Made by a program: the position numbers and the translations under genes. This document shows positions 33,589-39,579 of a stretch of 39,579 nucleotides of DNA, in pieces; position 1 is the stretch's first letter; every line of letters starts with the position of its first letter. The notes under the pieces are model-generated. The model made no database searches. It was not told the origin of the DNA and worked only from the letters and a program-made list of their open reading frames with translations. The DNA is from Reclinomonas americana ATCC 50394. Its lineage: Eukaryota. The stretch lies in assembly GCA_048213135.1 (NCBI GenBank), contig PS015153.1, positions 18,962 through 58,540 of the forward strand, written 5' to 3'.

Positions 33589-35592
33589 TCGCTCGCGGAG
33601 CTTCATGTCAACCACTCGGTCTCCCACCACCTCCACCTTCGCCCACCCACCTCTGCCTTCCCATCTCCTGCACCCGTTCCGCCGACTCGCCCTTCACACA
33701 CGCGCGGAACGCCAAGTAATCCGCCAAATCAAAGAAGCGACCGGCGCGCTGCCACCACTCCTTTCCACGCTGCTCTCGCAACCACATCAGCTTGGGCACC
33801 TCCATCTCCGGGCTCATCACCCCGCCCACCGCACTCAGCGCCTGCCGGTGTTGCGCGCGCGTCACACGGTCGGCCTGCTGCGTCGCACGATGATCGGCCC
33901 ACAGAATGACATTCCATTGATCGTCGTCGTCGTCGTCCTCGTCCAAGGACACGCTCACGGGCGCGCCGTGGACGTCGGTGACGACGAGACTGCAGGTGGC
34001 GGAGAAGCCAATGCCTCGCACGCGTGAGGCGGCGTCGGGGGAGCAGCGGTGAAGCGATTCCTGCGGGGTGGAGGGGGGAGGAAGAGAAGGAGGCGAAGGA
34101 GGGGAGGGAGTGAGATAATGACGATAGAAGGGGAGTGAAACGGAGGTCGTCTTCTCGCAAGTACTGCTAGGTGAGGAAGGCAGAACGGCGAGAAGCGAAG
34201 GCAAAGGCAAATGACGGAATTACTCAATGCAGGAAGAGGCACGAGGGAGAGAAGACGCTGTGCTGTAGTCGTCGTGGTGGGCGACGACCTGTATGCCAGC
34301 GTCTCATCTCTCTTTCTTTCTTCTCTCACTCAACAGTCTCTGTACCATTGAGGAGAGCAGACGCTGTGCTGCATGCCAGCCACTCTTCTCTCCCACTCTC
34401 ATTCTCTTCTCTGTCTCTCTACGATTTAGGGAGAGACACGAGGGAGCAGATGCTGCATGCCAGCCACTCTTCTATCTCTCCATTCCTTCTCTCACTCCTC
34501 AGTCTCTCTGACACTGAGGGGGAGGCATGAGAAAGAGCAGATGCTGTGCTGCATGCCCACTCTTCTCTTCTTCTTTCTTTCTTTCTCTCACTCCTCAGTC
34601 TCTTTGTCATTGAGGAGGAACGAGGAAGAGCAGACGCCGTGCTGTATGCCAGCCTCTCTTTCTTCTTCTCTCTCTCTCTCACTCAATCTGCCTCTGTGTG
34701 ATTGAGGGAGAGCAGACACAGCGTCGTTCGCCAGACGCTCTCTTCTTCCTCTCTTTCCTTCTTTCACTCCTCAGTCTCTGTGTCATTGAGGAGGAGACAT
34801 GAGGCACAGCAGAAGCTGCGCTGCATGTCAGCCTCTCTTCTTTCTCTCTTCTTTCTTTCCTTTGTCTTCTGTCTCTCACTCTGTGCTGTGATTGAGGAGA
34901 GGCACGAGGGAGAGCTGTATGCCAGCCTATATTCTCTTTCTTCTTCTTCTTCTTTCTCCGTCTCTCTACGATTGACGGAGAGACACGAGGGAGCAGACGC
35001 TGTATGCAGGCCTCTCTTCTCTCTTTGACACTGAGGGCGACGCACCAGAAAGAGCCTCTCTCCTCCTTCTTTCTTTCTGTCTCTCTCTCTCTCTCTCTCT
35101 CTGTGACTGTGGGAAAGGCACGAGGGAGAGCCTCTACTCTCTCCTCTTCTCTCTACGTTCTTTTTCTTTCTCCCACTCAAAGTCTCTCTGTGATTGAGGG
35201 AGAGGCATGTCGGAGAGCCTCTACTCTCTCCTCTCCTCACTCTCTCTCTCTCTCTCATTCACTCCTGTCGCCTTCAGTTGTCTTTCTCATCCTCATCTAT
35301 TTCTCCGCCCCTCCCCTCCCCTTTTCATCCCCTTTTCATCCCCTTCTCCCCCCAGCACCTTCACACACTCCACCACCGCCTCCCATATGTTCTCCGCACT
35401 CTGCACCGCCGTGCTCACACTCTTCCCCTCCTCGCCGACACTGAGTGGTCGCCATTGTGTACGAATCGCCCGCTCACTCACTGCTGCTGCAGCAGCAGCA
35501 GTGACTGTGACACTACGAGGAGAGAAGAGACTGGCGCGCACAGAGCCAGTGCCAACGTCGATGCCGAGGAAGAGCTGGTCGTCGTCGCTCAT
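31177..35592 (-). CDS. FGGY: FGGY-family carbohydrate kinase (D-ribulokinase-like), multi-exon
   Basis: LFLGIDVGTGSVRA, GIGFSATCSLVV, NVILWADHRA, SPEMEVPKLMWL, FDLADYL, RSLCTVICKW, GMIDAHAG, IGGTSTC, GVWGPY, HVLPYFLGNRSPHAD, LCGG..KNPLFV, MLLGAAML, YHRRKY. Confidence 0.95.
31836..32100. repeat. ~45-bp minisatellite in FGGY intron
   Basis: gactgtggaagagaaaggcgagagatcag(a)ggagggg, about 6 copies. Confidence 0.85.
33410..33604 (+). repeat. Interspersed repeat, copy C, inside an FGGY intron, with expanded (GT)n
   Basis: caattcattcacc...cgtatccaaaacatcaacgcaaacaccagtcttgaggcagcagcgggtttctc(gt)n ttcgctcgcggagcttc matches copy A. Confidence 0.75.
34235..35240. repeat. Degenerate ~80-90-bp tandem array in FGGY intron 1
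   Basis: attgag(g)gag..acgagggagcagacgctgtgctg(c/t)atgccagcc(a/t)ctcttc...cactcctcagtctct recurs roughly ten times. Confidence 0.8.
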
Positions 35593-35868
35593 GATTGACA
35601 AGAAGGAAAAATGTAAGTTGTCCTTCGACGTGCTTCACTTGTTGACTGTTGGGTGCTGTGAAAGAATGCCATGGCAGAAGAGTATGTGGTGAGGTGGTGC
35701 TTAGATGACTACCAAGAGAAATCGAAAGCAAATGGATCGATTGCGACGTCGACGTCGTGACCGACATGACGAGGTGGTGCTTTCGCTTACTTTGAGGAAT
35801 ACAACGGCAGAGGAGTCAACGAGGTCCGTCGACTCGACGAGGTGGTGCTTTCGCTGACTGCTGGTAAT

Positions 35869-35920
35869 GATTGCAGTTCTCGATCGCGACTTGTTCGAAG
35901 CTCCGATATCGAACGCACAC
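35869..35920 (-). repeat. Interspersed repeat, copy D (inverted, 3' part)
   Basis: Reverse complement gtgtgcgttcgatatcggagcttcgaacaagtcgcgatcgagaactgcaatc matches the ends of copies A and B. Confidence 0.65.
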
Positions 35921-36047
35921 AGCCAACAGTTTCAGAATTCGGCTGTCCACTCACGCGGATTTCATTGCCACTTCCCTAGGATGGCGCACATGGTGCATAT
36001 ACGATGGAGAGATGCGGGAGGGAAGCGGTCGCGCGTCGACGGTGGGA

Positions 36048-36669
36048 TTAGTAAAAGTCCTTGTCGATGGAGGTGCCGCACCTGCGTGGCAGGAGGTGAG
36101 TGCCGAAATCATAAACAACAGGCAGAATAACACAGTCGCAACTCGGAAGTCGTGCCCATGTACTGCGTGAAGAACGTGCGAGGTGAGCGAGTGGTCGGGA
36201 AGAGAATGAAGTGCGCAAACAAACCTGCTTCATAGCGGGGCGAGACCAGCTGCACAGCGGGTGAGGGAGACAGGAGTGGGCATTGTGATGTCAGCATGCA
36301 GACAACAAGGGAGGAGACGCACCCGCCAAACGACTTCCAGTCGGAGAAGCTCGCATTGTTATCTGCACGACGGGTGAGTGAATTGCTCACACTCGGCACG
36401 AAAGCAGGTTGCATGCAGCGCACCGTAGTGGGCGTCTGGTCGTGAGGGCATCACAGAGAGAAGGGGAAATGAGTGACCGGCGTGTACTGAGGGATGAGGG
36501 AGACTGAGGTGACGCAACACCACAGCGGCAGGTTGCTGAAGCTTGTGTCCTGCATCGAGGGGAGGAGGAGGTGAGATGAAACACGGAGGGAGAGAGAGAT
36601 GAGTGGGGGGGGGGGGGGGAGGGTGCAACAGAGCTACAGTGAACGAGAAATATGAGAAAAGTGACAGAG

Positions 36670-36707
<38 letters not shown>

Positions 36708-38589
36708 CTTTCTCCGTTTCTTTCTTCTATCCCTGACTCTCTTTCTCGCAACCTCGCCTCACGCAACTCCACACATGATGGGGCCCCATTGCGAGGCCGA
36801 CGAGTAAATGGCGGGCTGGTGACCGCGGGCGTGGATCTGGTTGACAGCCTCGCGGAAAAAGTTCTTGTTGCCTGTGTGCGAGCACCAGTTCGTCGTGTCA
36901 GAGCCGGAGCAGAGAGAGAGAGAGAGAGGAGATATGGAGAAGAAGAAGAAGAAGAAGACGTTGAGGGAGGAGGAGGACACGAGGAAGAAGAAAAGAATAA
37001 GAAGTGTAGCATCTGGGGAATACAATCAAGGCGGCAAAGGCAGGCGAGGCGAGTGAGAATGTGTAGAACTGTGTGCGTGTGGACGAGGGAAAGAGTGGAG
37101 AGCACAATCTGATATGGGAGACAATGCAGGCGAAGCGATGACAGAGATGGAAACGACGCACACGCACAGCAGTTCTCACAATGGAAGGAGGAAACGGCGA
37201 TAGCGAGAGACGAAACATACTCGCCCTTCCCCTCTCAGGAACTCAACTGCCACAATCACGCCAGTGTCCCGGAGCCTCAATGTCGAGCCACACCGAGCCG
37301 TACTTGGCACCGGCGCGGTCCATGGCGCCCATGGCATCGTCGACCTGCGACGCCGCCGACTTTGTCATGGTCAGGAACAGGTAAATGTCGACGTACTCGA
37401 TGCCGGCGTTGTGCGCGCGAATGACGTCGTTGGCAGCGTAGGGGTTCACGTTGCCGTCTGTGGAGGAGGAGGGAAGGGAGGGAATGAGGCGAGGGAGGAA
37501 AAGGGGGAGAAGAGGGGAAGACGAGGAAGGAGAGAAAGAGGGGAATGGAGGATGAAGAGAGCTGGGGAAGGAGTGGGAGGAAGGAGAAAAAGGGGTACAG
37601 ATGGAAGAGGAAAAGGGATGGGAGGATGAAAAGAGTCAGGTAGGAATCAGTGAAGAGCGGGAACAAAGCAAGGATTAGTGAGACAGAAGGAAGGAGGAAG
37701 GAGGATGCTCGAGTATGCGGGACTGAGAGGAGATGGAAGAGAACCAAGCGAGGGGGGAATGAGCAAGGAGAGACAGAGGAGATGGGGAACGTGGCAAGGA
37801 AGAGTGGGAGGAAGGAGAAAGAGGGGTAGAAATGGCAGCGGAGAAAAGATGAAAGGAAGGGAACAGAGGAAGAGAAGGGAAGGGAAGCAATAAAGAGGAT
37901 AAAGAGAGAAGGCATTGAGGAAGTGATGACTGAGGAAGAGGGAGAACATGAAAACAAAGAGGAGGAGGAAGAGAGACAAGAAAGAGTCAGTGTTTTCGAA
38001 CAGACCCCCAAGTGCAAAAATCAATCATTTCTCCGCATTCTCTCTCTCCCTTCTCTCTCTCTCCCACACACACACACACACACTCTCTCTCCCTCCCTCT
38101 CTCNNNNNNNNNNNNNNNNNNNNCTCCACACACACACACACACTCTCTCTCCTCCCTCCTCCTTCTCCCTCCTCTCTCTCTCTCTCTCTCTCTGAGCGCA
38201 CTCACCACTGGTCATGGCCTGCACAATTGCAAAGTTGTGTCCATTCTGCTTCAAGCAGTTCCACGAGTCTTGCGACACGTTTCCTCTGAAAAAAGAGTGA
38301 GAGTGAGCAAAGAGTGAGAAGAGAGAAGAGAGAAGTTTGTCCGAAAAAATGCAAATGTGTGTGAGAGAGTGGAGTGAGCGCAGTGTGCGTGTGTGACTGT
38401 GAGTGTGAGAGAGCGCGCAACTGGAAGTACGAGAGGTCAAGGCCTGTGCGTGGAGGGAAAAATAATGAGTGACAACGTAAACTTCGGAGCGAGCGAAAAA
38501 ACGGTGCCAGTGTGCGCACCAAAGGTAGCCAGTGCGACGGGCAGCAGCAGCGCAGCAGTGACGATGATGAGGAGAGCCGTGCGTGCCAT
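36048..38589 (-). CDS. Secreted GH25-like (protist/Entamoeba-type) lysozyme, about 11 exons
   Basis: Signal peptide MARTALLIIVTAALLLPVALA, then TFGLDLSYFQGNVSQDSWNCLKQNGHNFAIVQA...YVDIYLF...VWLDIE...IYSSASQW..IMCG...[31 protein letters not shown]...CGTSIDKDFY*. Confidence 0.92.
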
Positions 38590-39318
38590 TTCTTTGCAAG
38601 GAAAAGAAGTGTCCTGTGTCCCGTGTCATGCGCGCCAAAATTTCGAACGTTACAAACAAGATCTCTAACTCCCCTTTTTCAGTCACAAGAGAGATAAAGG
38701 TGAGTGTGAAACTGCCGCATAAGAGAAGAGTGAGATAGAGAGAAAAGAGAAAGAGAGAGGAAGGCAAAAGAGCAAGAGAGTGGGGAGTTTGTTTGAGAAA
38801 GACTGAGAGAGCAAGAGAGAGAGAGAGAAAGTCAAGAGAAGAGGAGAGTGAGAAGAAGAAGAGTGAGCAAAGAGTGAGAAGCACTCAAGAGATAAGAAAG
38901 AAGAGACATTGAGAGAGAGAGAGAGGCAAAGAGGACAGATGAGAGCTTCATACTCTATCTCTCTCTTGTCTGACGCTGAAAAGAGACGACCTTCACACTC
39001 ACACTCGCTCGCTCACTCACTCACTCTCCCTCAAACACTGTCTCTCACTCACTCACACACACACTCTCACTATCGCTCTCTTTCTCTGTCTCTCTCTCTC
39101 TCCCCACTCTCTCTCTCTCTCACACCTCACTCTCTCTCTCTCATACTCACTCACTCTCTCTCCCCCTCCCTTCTCCCTCCCTTCTCCCATCTCCCTCCCT
39201 TCTCCCTCCTTTCCCTCCCTCACACTCTTNNNNNNNNNNNNNNNNNNNNNNNNNNNNNNNNNNNNNNNNNNNNNNNNNNNNNNNNNNNNNNNNNNNNNNN
39301 NNNNNNNNNNNNNNNNNN

Positions 39319-39566
39319 ACCCGCTCACTGCGCTTGACCGCCTCGAAGAACTCCTTCTCATTGGTGATCTCCCCGAGCACTCCGTGGCCGGCGGCCTGCC
39401 AATCACCGCGCTTGTTGGCACGCTCGCGCATCTCGCGCTTGCGTCGCTCGCGCAACACCTCCAGATCGTCCTCGTCCAACGTGTCCATGCGCTTGATTTG
39501 CTCGTCGAGCGCCTCCTCCATGGCTTGCACGGAGCGCAGAACGGCTTCTTCGATGTGGCGGTCCAT
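39319..39566 (-). CDS. TXNDC9: Phosducin-like thioredoxin-domain protein (TXNDC9/PLP3), one N-terminal exon only
   Basis: EEALDEQIKRMDTLDEDDLEVLRERR...WQAAGHGVLGEITNEKEFFEAVKRSER resembles the TXNDC9 N-terminus up to the start of the thioredoxin fold. It is preceded by an acceptor (cccag) and cut by the gap. Confidence 0.85.
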
Positions 39567-39579
39567 CTGGGGAGAAGGG

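Overview
Intron-rich eukaryotic genomic DNA from a GC-rich, microsatellite-laden draft assembly with N gaps, probably a phagotrophic protist. Hand-splicing gives about 11 genes: a PPR protein (+, with two exons on an inverted gap-flanked contig), a minimal SET-domain protein, a MORN-repeat protein, a bacterial-type F420_oxidored/NADP oxidoreductase, an orphan of about 497 aa, GID8/TWA1, a coiled-coil SPR-rich protein, a divergent hypothetical protein, an FGGY carbohydrate kinase, a protist GH25-type lysozyme and one exon of TXNDC9. A 2.6-kb TIR element (13786-16371) with a TA target duplication sits next to a paralogous empty site. The strongest unusual signal is in splicing: about 15 introns in 8 genes use an atypical donor, (A/T)|GTTG(A/C)G, which matches the canonical AG|GTGAGT consensus shifted by one base. 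Long introns also tend to be GA-rich at the 5' end and CT-rich at the 3' end. All gene models are manual inferences without transcript data.
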